NCBI GenBank assembly: GCA_963802945.1
Contig: CAWDKY010000015.1
Coordinates: 32,001 to 96,000 of the forward strand
Direction: 5' to 3'
DNA length: 64,000 bases
DNA from: an uncultured delta proteobacterium
GTDB lineage: Bacteria > Desulfobacterota > RBG-13-43-22
Each line of letters starts with the position of its first letter. Position 1 is the stretch's first letter. A model generated the notes under the pieces. That model was not told where the DNA came from and made no database searches. It saw nothing but the letters and a program-made list of their open reading frames with translations. Both the position numbers and the translations under genes were made by a program. Positions 52,258 to 64,000 of this stretch are shown piece after piece.

Positions 52258-53232
52258 TCACTTTAGAAGACCCGATTCGTCGAAAATCCCTTCAAACAGA
52301 GGGCCGCTCAGATACCGCTCTCCTGCATCCGGGAGTATGACCACCATGGTCTTCCCTACAAATTCAGGAAGGTCGGCCAACCTGAGGGCAGCGGCCAGGG
52401 CTGCTCCGCAACTGATGCCCGACAGGATGCCTTCTTCCCGGGCCAGTCTCCTGGAATGGGTGATGGCCTCTTCACTGCTCACCTGCTCCACCCTATCGAC
52501 CAGCGACAGATCCAGGGTATCCGGAATGAAACCGGCCCCGATCCCCTGGATCTTGTGCGGCCCGGGTTTGAGTTCTTTACCGGCCAGATGCTGGGTGATT
52601 ACCGGACTCTCCGCCGGTTCCACGGCCACACTAATGATCTTTCGCTTTTTATCTTTCTTGATGTACCGCGACACACCGGAAATCGTTCCCCCTGTGCCCA
52701 CTCCGGAGACCAGCACATCGATCTTTCCCTCAGTCTGCTCCCAAATCTCCGGACCGGTGGTCTTGTAATGTATTTCAGGATTGGCGGGATTTTTGAACTG
52801 TTGGGGGATAAAATACTTGGGATCTGATGCGGCAATGGCTTCGGCCTCGGCAATGGCCCCTTTCATCCCTTGAGCCCCGGGGGTTAAAATAAGATGGGCA
52901 CCAAATATCGCCAGGACCTTTCTTCGCTCCATGGACATGGTTTCCGGCATGGTGATGTGCAGTTTATAGCCCTTGGCCGCTGCCACATAGGCCAGGGCGA
53001 TGCCGGTGTTACCGCTGGTGGGTTCGATGATTTCCATGCCGGGTTTGAGTGAGCCATCCTTTTCGGCTGTCCAGATCATGTTTGCCCCTATCCGGCATTT
53101 GACGGAATAGGCAGGATTCCGGCCTTCCACCTTAGCCAAAACAATGGCCTTTTTCCCTTGGGCCATTTTGTTGATCCTGACCAACGGTGTATTTCCGATC
53201 GAAAAAGTATTGTCGTTAAAGTATGTTGCCAT
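52258..53232 (-). CDS. cysK: Cysteine synthase A
   Basis: [29 protein letters not shown]. Confidence 0.95.
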   Translation of the reverse strand: MATYFNDNTFSIGNTPLVRINKMAQGKKAIVLAKVEGRNPAYSVKCRIGANMIWTAEKDGSLKPGMEIIEPTSGNTGIALAYVAAAKGYKLHITMPETMSMERRKVLAIFGAHLILTPGAQGMKGAIAEAEAIAASDPKYFIPQQFKNPANPEIHYKTTGPEIWEQTEGKIDVLVSGVGTGGTISGVSRYIKKDKKRKIISVAVEPAESPVITQHLAGKELKPGPHKIQGIGAGFIPDTLDLSLVDRVEQVSSEEAITHSRRLAREEGILSGISCGAALAAALRLADLPEFVGKTMVVILPDAGERYLSGPLFEGIFDESGLLK

Positions 53233-53365
53233 GCCACCCCCTTGTTGATTATAGCCTCAATAAATTATTAAAAATCATTTAAATCAGGGTTTGGAGAGCC
53301 TTCCTTTCCAGAGTTTCGAACACCGGCGCTAAGGCCTACGAGTATGGTCCCAAGCCGGTTTCGAA

Positions 53366-54298
53366 TTAGTCATCCCATACCTGCATCTGAGTAATACGAC
53401 TGGAAGGCGGTACACTCCTCACCAACCAAACGTTTCCTCCGATGATTGAACCTTTTCCAATAGTGATCCGCCCCAGTATCGTTGCCCCGGAATAGATGAT
53501 CACATCATCCTCCACGATGGGATGTCTCGGTATCCCTTTGATAGGATTTCCATCGTCATCGACTTTGAAGCTCTTGGCTCCCAAAGTAACTCCCTGATAG
53601 ATACGCACACGCTTCCCGATGACGCTTGTTTCGCCGATGACCACACCGGTACCATGATCGATGAAGAAGTATTCGCCGATAGAGGCGCCCGGGTGGATAT
53701 CGATACCCGTACTGCTGTGGGCCAGCTCTGTGATCATTCTGGGGATGAAAGGGACATTCAGTTTATAAAGCTCATGAGCCAGACGATAATTGGTTATCGC
53801 CCATAGCCCGGGATAGCTGAAGATGACCTCGTCTAAACTTGTTGCTGCCGGATCACCCTCATAAGCGGCATGGACGTCCGTTCCCAGCATCCTCTGGATT
53901 TCGGGGAGACTTCTCAAAAAGGCCTCGGTAATCTTTTCCGCCTCATCATGGCAGCGTGTGCACCTTTGGATGTCATCACGGCACGAGAACCCGAGTCCGC
54001 GTTGAATTTGCTCCTGAAGCATCTCTTGGAGACGATCAATGGTCGAACCGATATAAAAAGACATGTTCTCTTTTTTCACTTCTGAGAAGCCAAAATAGCC
54101 GGGAAACAGAATCGTGCGCAAAGAGGAAGTAATTTCTTCCACCGCCCTGCGGGAGGGGAGGTTTTGATGACAGGCGGCCTTTCCGTTCTGATCGATGAAG
54201 CCCAAGGTATTAGCATAAAGCGTCTGGACAAGGTCCTTCAATGCACCGTTTTCTAATGATTCTTTTGGCACTGGATTATTTTGATTGGGATGATTCAT
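53366..54298 (-). CDS. cysE: Serine O-acetyltransferase
   Basis: GDPAA, GIDIHPGA, IDHGTGVVIGET, RHP. Confidence 0.92.
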   Translation of the reverse strand: MNHPNQNNPVPKESLENGALKDLVQTLYANTLGFIDQNGKAACHQNLPSRRAVEEITSSLRTILFPGYFGFSEVKKENMSFYIGSTIDRLQEMLQEQIQRGLGFSCRDDIQRCTRCHDEAEKITEAFLRSLPEIQRMLGTDVHAAYEGDPAATSLDEVIFSYPGLWAITNYRLAHELYKLNVPFIPRMITELAHSSTGIDIHPGASIGEYFFIDHGTGVVIGETSVIGKRVRIYQGVTLGAKSFKVDDDGNPIKGIPRHPIVEDDVIIYSGATILGRITIGKGSIIGGNVWLVRSVPPSSRITQMQVWDD

Positions 54299-55078
54299 GG
54301 TTGATTATCCTTTCTTCTCCTGCATAGACATGCATTCGTTTACCTCCGGCAAAACCCACTAAGGTCATATTGAAATCCCTGGCCAGGCTCACACCCATAT
54401 CGGTAGGTACCGATTTCGAAACCAGGATAGGAATATTCCGCTTGGCCACCTTAAATAGTATTTCTGAAGATATTCGCCCACTGATGATCATCATCTTATC
54501 GTCTGACGGAACGGCCTCTTGCAGGCAGCGGCCGAACACCTTATCAACGGCATTATGCCGGCCGATATCTTCGGCAAAGATGAAAATACGTTTCCGGTCA
54601 CAGAGCGCGGCACTGTGGACACCGTGCGTTTCCCTATAGACCTCTGAATGACCCTGGAATTCCAGGTTCAATCTCATAATCTCCGCCGCCGATATCGTCA
54701 GTCCCGATGGGAGGCGATGTTTTTTGAGATCGGTATCGGCAAAACTGTAAAAGGCTAACCCGCTCCCACACCCTGTGGTCAGCACTCTTTTCATGAAGAG
54801 TTTATGGGCCGGATCGAGGCCGTCTTTGGTTTTCGGATACGAATGATCCCTCTGGTCTCATCGAGGTGCAACCTTTTCACATCTTCTTTCTGTTTGATAA
54901 AACCTTCGGAACTGAGAAAGCCTAAAGCCAGAGAATCCAGGTCGGTTGGTGAGCATAACAGGGTCACCAATTGTTCGTCGTTCAGGATGATGGTTAAGGG
55001 GAACTCGATGACAATACGATCTCGAAATGTCGACCGGTCCCCGTCTTGTATCCGCAAAATGTCGATCTCTTTCTTCAT
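54276..55078 (-). pseudogene. fdhD: FdhD sulfurtransferase, frameshift ~54830
   Basis: EFPLTI..GFLSSEG in ORF 54791-55078; TGCG, HSAAL, EDIGRHNAVDK, SGRIS in ORF 54276-54794. Confidence 0.85.
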
Positions 55079-55140
55079 AATAATGGCAGTCCCGAAGGGT
55101 TGAACTGATTCCTCCTCTTCTTGTTGGCTGGACTCCTTCC

Positions 55141-56307
55141 CTAAACCTTTTTATATAGGGGCGACATGGCTCTCAAACGGCTCACGACCTCGGGAAGGAT
55201 CTCCATGAGGTCGTCAATATCCCTCTCGGTATTGTATTTACCCAAGCTGAACCGCAGGGTTCCCTGAGCCTGCTCGCGATCCAAGCCGATAGCGGTCAGG
55301 ACATGGGAAGGCCCCTCACTGGATGAAGAACAGGCAGAACCCGTAGAACAGGCGATGCCCATCATGTCCAGACTCAGCAGCATCCCTTCCCCTTCGACAA
55401 AGGCTATGGATACATTGACATTGTTCGGAAGCCTCTTGCTCGGATGTCCATTCAATACCGTTTGGTCAATACGGCCGAGAATCTCTGAAATGAGCTTATC
55501 CCTTAACCCTGCAGTTTCGAGCATCTCCTTGTTCAAATTTTTCTGTGCCAGTTCGACGGCCTTGCCAAAACCGACAATGCCCGGAACGTTATGGGTGGAA
55601 GCCCTGCGATTGTCCTCCTGCTCTCCGCCGTGCATGAACGGCATAATCTTGGTACCCTGCCGGATATACAGCAGCCCTACCCCTTTCGGGCCGTAAAGCT
55701 TATGAGCCGAAGCGGAGAGTAAATCGACATTTAATTCGTTCACACTTAAAGGCAAATGCCCAAAGGTCTGAACAGCGTCGGTATGAAAACAGACCCCCAT
55801 TTCCTTGGCGATCCTCCCGATCTCCTTAATTGGCTGGATCGTGCCGATTTCATTGTTGGCCTGCATGATGGAAATCAGGATGGTTTTATCGGTAATCGCC
55901 TTGCGGATGTCGTCAGGGTCCACCAGGCCATAGGGATCAACCGGCAGATAAGTAATGCTGAATCCCTCTTCTTTTTCTAAAAAATGGCAGGGCTCGATGA
56001 TAGCGTGATGCTCTATGACCGAAGTGATAATGTGATTACCCTTTTTTTTGTTGGCATAAGCCACACCCTTTAAGGCGAAATTATTACTTTCTGTGCCGCC
56101 GCTGGTAAAAACGATCTCCGAGGCCTTTGCGCCAAAGAAAGAGGCGATGTTTTCCCTGGCCTCTTCAGTGGCTTCGCTGGCTTGCTGACCGAAGGCGTGC
56201 AGACTGGAGGGGTTCCCGAATTGCTCGTTCATATACGGCAGAATGGCCTGGACCACTTCCGGATCAACCGGTGTCGTCGCTGCATAGTCCATATATATCT
56301 TTTTCAT
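55141..56307 (-). CDS. nifS: Cysteine desulfurase (NifS/IscS)
   Basis: YMDYAATTP, SGGTE, SAHKLYGPKG, STGSACSS. Confidence 0.93.
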   Translation of the reverse strand: MKKIYMDYAATTPVDPEVVQAILPYMNEQFGNPSSLHAFGQQASEATEEARENIASFFGAKASEIVFTSGGTESNNFALKGVAYANKKKGNHIITSVIEHHAIIEPCHFLEKEEGFSITYLPVDPYGLVDPDDIRKAITDKTILISIMQANNEIGTIQPIKEIGRIAKEMGVCFHTDAVQTFGHLPLSVNELNVDLLSASAHKLYGPKGVGLLYIRQGTKIMPFMHGGEQEDNRRASTHNVPGIVGFGKAVELAQKNLNKEMLETAGLRDKLISEILGRIDQTVLNGHPSKRLPNNVNVSIAFVEGEGMLLSLDMMGIACSTGSACSSSSEGPSHVLTAIGLDREQAQGTLRFSLGKYNTERDIDDLMEILPEVVSRLRAMSPLYKKV

Positions 56308-56352
56308 GACAGATCTCTTTTTTATCTTCCTGACGATCTTAACCTGCCCCTT

Positions 56353-56960
56353 TTAATATCCGTTGCCGGGTTGCAATATAAAAATGGCTTCGGAGGCAAA
56401 CCAATTGGGCCGGAAGTGCACGACGGTTTTTTCTCTCAGGTAGATGGCCTTTAGGACCTTTAGATTACGCTGCCGGCAGAAGTCCTGAAAATCCTTGATA
56501 CTTAAAAATCGCACGTTGGGCGTATTGAACCAGGCATAAGGCAGCGAACGGGTAATCGGGGCCTTTCCTCTCACAAAAAGCATATATCGTGCTTTCCAGT
56601 AGGCGAAATTCGGAAAGCCGACGATTAATATACGTCCCACACGCAAAGCTTCATTAATCAAAAAATCTACCTGTTTGACCTCCTGCATACTTTGATTCAG
56701 GATCACATAATCAAAGACCCCATCGGGATATTCCTTAAGACCGCTCTCGATATCGCTTTGAAAGGCATTGATTCCTTTTTTTACACAGGCGTGAATGGCC
56801 TGATCGTCCAGCTCAATGCCCTGAACCTTGGCCTGCTTTCCTTCAGCCAGAAGGGTCAAGAGATCGCCCTGGCCGCAGCCCAAATCGAGGACACGGGCCC
56901 CGGGTCGATCGCTTCATAAATGATCTGGTGATCCAAGCGAATTACTGAAGATGGATTCAT
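56353..56960 (-). pseudogene. metW: MetW, frameshift in G-run ~56898
   Basis: ATG 56960 MNPSS..DPG / RVLDLGCGQG; FPNF; WFNTPN. Confidence 0.85.
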
Positions 56961-57062
56961 GTTACGCACCTGCTATTATTGATGAAACCGTAAAGAGGCG
57001 TCACCACGCCTGCCCCGGAATATTTCAATCCGGGGGCGAAGGCCGGGGTCCAGGAAAATAAT

Positions 57063-57625
57063 AGTCATGACCACCGGCAGAGCCGGTGGCTTGCTGAGGG
57101 CCCCTGGAAGGGGCCTCGGTCTACTCTAATTCTAACTCCATCTGCTCTTTATCAAGTTTTTCCTGATTGCGAATATACTCTCGTACCTGCTTCTCATCAT
57201 AGCCAACAGTACTAACATAATACCCACGTACCCAAAAATGTTTTCCGGTCGTCCCCTTGCCTACAAACTCCCGATGCAACCGAATAGCACTTTTCCCTTT
57301 CAAAAATCCTGTTACATCGGAAATACTGTATTTGGGCGGAAAACTCAAACATACATGGAGATGATCGATCAACGCATGTCCCTCGATCACTTCAATCCCT
57401 TTCTGTCGGCATAAATCCTGAACAATCTCTCCCAATCGCTTCCTAACTTTCCCGTATAATATCTTCCGGCGGTATTTGGGAACCCAGACAATGTGATATT
57501 TGCACTCCCACTTAACATGTGCTAAACTTTGTAGGTCTTTCACGGAAATCTCCTTCCCGACCTACCCCTCCTCCGGGGCCCTCGGGAAGGAGATTTTATC
57601 ACCCCTGACCGGCAGAGCCTATTAA
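57063..57625 (-). mobile_element. IS200/IS605-family element (tnpA only) inserted in a REP
   Basis: Subterminal hairpins accaccggcagagccggtgg and ggcccctggaaggggcc; accggcagagcc repeated at other end; flanks are two halves of a REP. Confidence 0.8.
57121..57543 (-). CDS. tnpA: IS200-type Y1 HUH transposase
   Basis: YHIVWVPKYR, DHLH, KGKS, FWVRGY, YIRNQ. Confidence 0.95.
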   Translation of the reverse strand: MKDLQSLAHVKWECKYHIVWVPKYRRKILYGKVRKRLGEIVQDLCRQKGIEVIEGHALIDHLHVCLSFPPKYSISDVTGFLKGKSAIRLHREFVGKGTTGKHFWVRGYYVSTVGYDEKQVREYIRNQEKLDKEQMELELE

Positions 57626-57705
57626 TTGATAATTCTGGATTCCGGTTTTCGGCGGAATGACTCGAAGGAGTATATCACAACTTTTTACGAATCCATCATT
57701 ATCGA

Positions 57706-58851
57706 TCATAAAATTTTTTCGAAAAAGTGCTGGATTAAATAGGTTTGTTCCTCAACGTCAACCAAAAAGGCATCATGTCCATAGGTCGAACGCAGCTCGC
57801 AGTAAGTGGCATCCACAAAATTCGTCTTTAACTGCCGGACGATCTCCTGGGATTGATAGGAGGGATAAAGCCAATCCGAACTAAAGGAAATGATGAGAAA
57901 TCGGGTGTCCATCGTATCCCGATTCGGGATCAGTTTTCCTCCGGACAGATCAAAATAATCCAGGGCCTTGGTGATATAGAGATAGGAATTGGCATCAAAG
58001 CGTTTGACAAAATTATCCCCCCGGTAGCGCAGGTATCCCTCGACCTCAAAATCGGCGGCGAAATCAAAACTCAAATTGCCGTTCTTGAACTTCCGGGAAA
58101 ATTTTTCCTCCATGGACTGATCACTCATGAAGGTGATGTGCCCGATCATACGGGCCACAGCCAGCCCCTTCCTGGGCTGACCGTGTTCGTAATAATTCCC
58201 GTGCCGCCAGGCCGGATCGGCCATGATCGATTGCCTGATCACCTCGTTGAAGGCGATCTGCTGAGGGGAATGTTTCAGGGCCGTGGCAATAGGAATGGCC
58301 GCCCGAACACGCTCCGGATAGGAAGCCACCCACTGCAGGACCTGCATGCCTCCCATCGAGCCGCCGGCCACGCAAAGGAGTTTCTCAATACCCAGATAAT
58401 CGATCAGCTAGCTCTGGGCCTTAACCATATCGGCAATGGTAATAAAAGGGAAATCGAGGGCAAAAGGCTTACCGGTTTTCGGATTGATCGAGGAAGGCCC
58501 GGTACTGCCCTTGCATCCGCCGATCACATTGGAGCAGATGATAAAAAACCTGTCGGTATCAAAGGCCTTGCCCGGACCGATCATGATATCCCACCATCCC
58601 GGGTCTTTTTCTCCCTTATGAAAGCCGGCGGCATGGGCATCGGCCGAAAGGGCATGGAGGATTAAAATGGCATTGCTCCTATCGCTGTTCAAAGTCCCGT
58701 AAGTTTCATAGGCGAGGGTAATACGACCCAAAGTCTGTCCGGATTCCAAATCTAGCTCATGGGGTGGCTCGGCCAAAACAAACTGTTTGGTTTCCACATA
58801 GCCCAGACTTTTTTTCTTGTCCGTAGCTGATTGGGTTATTTTCTGTTTCAT
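57706..58851 (-). pseudogene. metX: Homoserine O-acetyltransferase with in-frame TAG (58410-58408)
   Basis: [32 protein letters not shown] in frame with GGSMGG, RFDAN, YGHDAFL. Confidence 0.88.
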
Positions 58852-58893
58852 TTTTTCAATGACCGATTTTATTCTTTCCTATGACACTTCATC

Positions 58894-60180
<1,287 letters not shown>

Positions 60181-60333
60181 TGTTTTCTCCCATGAAATAG
60201 TAATCGGGGATAACTGCTGTTACGGGTTACCGGTTGCTGGTTTAAAATTTAAGGATTTTTTCCAACTCCAACCCGTAACCCGTAAAAAAATTAAATTTTC
60301 TTATAAGTTTCTTCTCTCTTTATTTTTTCACCA

Positions 60334-60756
60334 TCAGGTATTTTTCGCCTTCTTCCTGCTCAGATGCGTCAACTTCTTCAGGGTTATGGATTCAAGGGTC
60401 TCGGATATTTTCCCGCCCAATAAAATCCAGATATCCCGTGTGGCACAGGTTGAGATTCTGTTGCAGGCTGAGGAATCTTTTATACAATTGACCAGACAGT
60501 CCCCCTCCAGGACATCCATAATTTGCTTCATGGAAATTTTGGAAGGCTCTCTGGCCAGGGTATATCCCCCATAGGCCCCCCGGTTGGAATGGACCAGCCC
60601 GGCACCTCGTAGTGGGATGATGATCAGACTGAGATATTTCTCGGAAATGTCTTCTCTTTTGGCTATATCTTTCAAAAAAACCGGCCCTTTGCCATAATTA
60701 AGGGCCAAGGAGAGCATCAGCCTAACCCCGTACCGAGCCCTAGTAGAAAGTTTCAT
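60334..60756 (-). CDS. Rrf2 family regulator (CymR/IscR-like)
   Basis: MKLSTRARYG, ISEKYL, SNRGAYGGY. Confidence 0.92.
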   Translation of the reverse strand: MKLSTRARYGVRLMLSLALNYGKGPVFLKDIAKREDISEKYLSLIIIPLRGAGLVHSNRGAYGGYTLAREPSKISMKQIMDVLEGDCLVNCIKDSSACNRISTCATRDIWILLGGKISETLESITLKKLTHLSRKKAKNT

Positions 60757-60899
60757 AACACCGCCCCTTTGTAAATACTACGAGTTCTAAGAATTCCTTT
60801 AACTCAAAAGGAGAAATGATCTTCGGAAGCTCTGAACATAGATAACGACATCCTCCTCTTCAGTCCAACCGTGTGACGGAGTGGGCTAGCAAGGGGAAT

Positions 60900-61010
60900 T
60901 CAAATAATAGGCAGATTCTTTGAATAAACCCTTTTCAGAAAAACAGCCATCCGTAACCAAGACATAGCCTTGGGGAATAAATCCTAAAAAATCTTCAAAG
61001 GCTCGTATGG
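60900..61010 (-). mobile_element. IS91-family transposase remnant
   Basis: IRAFEDFLGFIPQGYVLVTDGCF resembles the degenerate HUH region (FG..L..NPH.H.L.TDG.F) of IS91-type transposases. Confidence 0.45.
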
Positions 61011-61031
61011 TTTTGGAATCATTAGTAATCT

Positions 61032-61739
61032 TTATTTCACCACGATACAAGTAATCTGCCCCTTCGAGCTTACATATTACCCCGAAATGATTATCCCATC
61101 CGATGTCTTTTTTACCGATACAAATAGTACAAACGCCCAAGGGAGGGACGCCCTTCAACCGCAGGCCTTTTACGTCGATATCTTTCATTCCTTTCAGTTC
61201 AAACAAAAGTCTTCCCGTTCCTGTGCCATGGAGCGCATTCATTTCGTATATCGTGATTGATTTGCTTACTTCACGTATCTTTTCATGAAAGACCTCTCTC
61301 TCAGCCTGGCTTATCAGATCAATTTTTGTTACAACGGCAATGTCAGCCAGACTACCATGGGGCTGATCTTTAAAGGAGAGTTCATGCCACCCAGCATGCT
61401 GAGGACAATAACTCCAAGGCCCTGGTTCAAATAAGGAGTGCAACGAAGACATAATCCGGCACTTTCTACAATAAGCATCTCACTTCCGTTGTCCTCGGCC
61501 CATTCAATGGTGTCTTTCATAATCATAACACTCGCATGGTCCGGACACATGTCCCCGGCATAGACAACTTTTATAGGTAAATCAAAGAATTCCTTTTCTA
61601 ATTCTTCTTTCTCGAAGGCGACCACGACATCAATTTTCAGATAAGATATTTTGACCTTAGGGTATAATTCTCGTATTATATTCTTGATGACAGCCGTCTT
61701 TCCTGCCGATGACGTTCCTGCAAAGTTTATTAGTTTCAT
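61032..61739 (-). pseudogene. HypB/UreG-like (G3E) GTPase, frameshifts ~61345 and ~61034
   Basis: GTSSAGKT, MCPDH, ESAGLCLRC, TKID, CTICIG. Confidence 0.8.
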
Positions 61740-61763
61740 AGATCATTCCTTTTTAACTGATAT

Positions 61764-62525
61764 TCATAACGAGATTACCTCTCCTCTTCTGACTCTCTCT
61801 CGGACAACATTAAACATAATATCTTGTTCAATAATCTTTTTCCGTGCTTTTTTCTCCGTCTCGTTGGTCTTATGGACTTTTATGATCCCTCCGTTTTTCA
61901 TGACCAGACGGATATGGCACAGGAGAGCTACAACGGGGTCATGGGTGACAAAAACGATTATTTTCCCTTCTGACTTCACCATCTCCATTGCTTCTTTTTT
62001 GAAGATGCCTGCATTCTCAATCTCAGATCGAGCAGAACAACCGGAGATTGACCGATAACAATAGCCTCTGCTATTATCAATGCTCTTGACTGTCCCCCGG
62101 ATAAAGTAGTCATTCTCATCTCTTCGCCAATTTTTTCTCCGGTCAGCCTGTTGGTCAGAATAAGGGTCTTTTTCACTGGTTCGCCTGATTTGATCTTCCT
62201 GGCCTTAGCATGAATAGTCAGAAATTCGCTGATCGTCAGATTAGCGAGAAAATTGGTATGTTGCGTAATCAGTACGATAGGGTTTAAAGATGCGTCCTGG
62301 CGAAAAGATAGTGAGGGGACTTTCCCGTTGATCGTTATTCTCCTTCCTGCTAATCGTATCGCCCTGAGTCAGCATTTCGATATCGTTTACGAATGAAGTC
62401 TTGCCGCTTCCTGTAGGCCCCACTATCGAAATCGTATCACCTGAAACAATGGTCAGCGTTGTAAACCTCTCCTCTTCCCCATCTTTGTTGTGCCCAGGGT
62501 AGATTGTTATCTTGTCTACTTTCAT
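61764..62525 (-). pseudogene. Stand-alone ABC ATPase, multiple frameshifts
   Basis: GPTGSGKT, LSGGQ, VLL(D)..IENAG, VTHDP spread over three ORFs. Confidence 0.8.
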
Positions 62526-62552
62526 AGCATGTCCTTTCTCGTTCTTGCCGTC

Positions 62553-63519
62553 TCAATGATACTCCTGTAGTTTCTTATGTATATCACTCGTCGGACAAAA
62601 GCCGAGGGTTTTCCTCGCCCGCACGTTTGATATAGGATGCTGAATAATATTCTTCTGCCATTTCATATCTTTGTGCTGAATCTGGGCATCGTACATAGGG
62701 GTTATCCAATGTGCAATATCAATGATCCTGGTATCTTGATCAGAACAAATATTGAACGTATTCCCTGCAAACTTATTTTTATAATAAATTGATTTCATGA
62801 GCGCTTCCACAACATCCCCAACAAAAATAAAATTCCTCTTCTGCTCCCCTTTGTTATGGACTTCTATCATTTTTTTCCTCAGTGCGTCTCCCACCATAAC
62901 AGATATTACACCAGGTTCGTTGTCAACATACCATCGGTGAGAAGCATGGCCAACCCCATACACGTTTGACATCCTCAGGGTCACCGTATCAAGCATGAAT
63001 TCATGAGCAAACATCTTATTGTAGTACTCCTGGGCTATCTTCTGCTGAAAGTATTGATTGATAGGAACCATAGGCTCGTTTTCTGATAGTTTAGTATTCT
63101 GCAATTTCATATAAACTCCAGACCAGAAACCCAATATAATTCTCTTCACACCGCATATGATCGAGGCCTCCAGCAGCCGCCGATAACCTTCAACATTTTT
63201 TTTCCATCTCTCAACCTGTGATTGAGTGATCTCAGTCCTTTAGGGAAAGACTCTTTTGTCTTTTTCTTCGGCCAGATGAACTACTACATCAATCACCTCC
63301 AGTAAGGTTATAATCGTTTCCAGATCGTAAAAATCAATCTTAAAAAGCTCACACCTATTTTTTTTCACAGGGAGGCAAAGCGTGTCATCAAAGTGCTGCC
63401 GCTTTGTAGAGAAGAAGTTATCAACTGCATATATATGTACTTTCTCCGCCGAATTGCTAAGAGAGGCGACGAGGTTGCTCCCAATAAATCCGGCTGCACC
63501 AGTAATGAGTATTGTTCAT
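62553..63519 (-). pseudogene. NAD-dependent epimerase/dehydratase, frameshifted
   Basis: ITGAAGFIGS just after ATG 63519 in shifted frame; YFQQK, RMSNVYG, RNFIFVGD. Confidence 0.75.
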
Positions 63520-63529
63520 ATTATTATCC

Positions 63530-64000
63530 TTATAGAATTATTATGCCTTCAAGTCTTACGTGTAGTCCGTGTGATTTTTCAAGGACCATATTGACGACTC
63601 CGGTATGAGTAGCATTCATCATACAAAAACCGGGCAAGAACCTCTGGCGCCTGCCGAATTCCGGAGATCTCCTTACCACTTTAGCGATCCCCTCAAAACC
63701 TAACATGACGTAGGCTTCAACATCATATATTTTTTTTCCCCTAGAAAACTGAGGCCCCACACACCACGTATCGAGAATACCGGTAATGGGATTCGCCTTT
63801 ATCACCTGAAGAACATGCTGTACGGGGCATCCGGCGCTCATGGGGCGGCCAGTCACAATGTCCCCAGCCTTAATCTTCCATTTTTCCACCAGGTCAGGTC
63901 TGAAGGGCATAACAATCTTTCTCGCAGAAACCTCTCCAGGAAGAGAATCCAATACAAAATCAAAAGTCTCCCCGAAAACATCGACTGACTGAATTTTAGT
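63530..64000 (-). CDS. Putative Fe-S-binding protein, C-terminal part; truncated by window end
   Basis: GRPMSAGCPVQH, FLPGFCMM..HTGV; co-oriented with ABC ATPase and GTPase. Confidence 0.6.
   Translation of the reverse strand, partial: TKIQSVDVFGETFDFVLDSLPGEVSARKIVMPFRPDLVEKWKIKAGDIVTGRPMSAGCPVQHVLQVIKANPITGILDTWCVGPQFSRGKKIYDVEAYVMLGFEGIAKVVRRSPEFGRRQRFLPGFCMMNATHTGVVNMVLEKSHGLHVRLEGIIIL

Noticed and set aside
58408-58410. Pyrrolysine read-through of the metX TAG
   Set aside because: No pyl genes in the window, non-catalytic site, neighbouring met genes also disrupted.
60181-60333. SAM riboswitch before metY
   Set aside because: No S-box consensus; the region is heptamer repeats.

Overview
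64 kb from an anaerobic, selenocysteine-using bacterium; gene content and repeat families suggest Desulfobacterota/Syntrophales-like (inference). Core content is anaerobic aromatic degradation: class II tungsten benzoyl-CoA reductase bamBCDEF (2.3-10.7 kb; bamE and bamF carry in-frame Sec-UGA plus SECIS), a distant bamGHI-like NuoEFG module (42.4-45.7 kb) whose NuoE has an N-terminal RHH-like extension, and class I (bzd-type) ATPase subunits P/Q plus ferredoxin. A defence island (11.0-20.6 kb) encodes a PLD-SNF2 helicase with an internal TGA, an N6-adenine methyltransferase, DUF3800, a DprA/SLOG-like protein and an ImmA/XRE pair. Directly behind DUF3800 lie two related, independently promoted antisense structured RNAs (top finding). 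Other accessory elements: a repeat-delimited array of three TA cassettes, an ORF-less group II intron, attC cassette remnants with a IIC-attC intron end, AbiE, IS200 inside a REP, and a hidden Rdx selenoprotein. The right end holds tRNA-Ser(CGA), tadA and a Cys/Met sulfur cluster with many frameshifts/stops (sequencing error vs decay unresolved). No CRISPR array. All family assignments are from motif recognition, not database searches.
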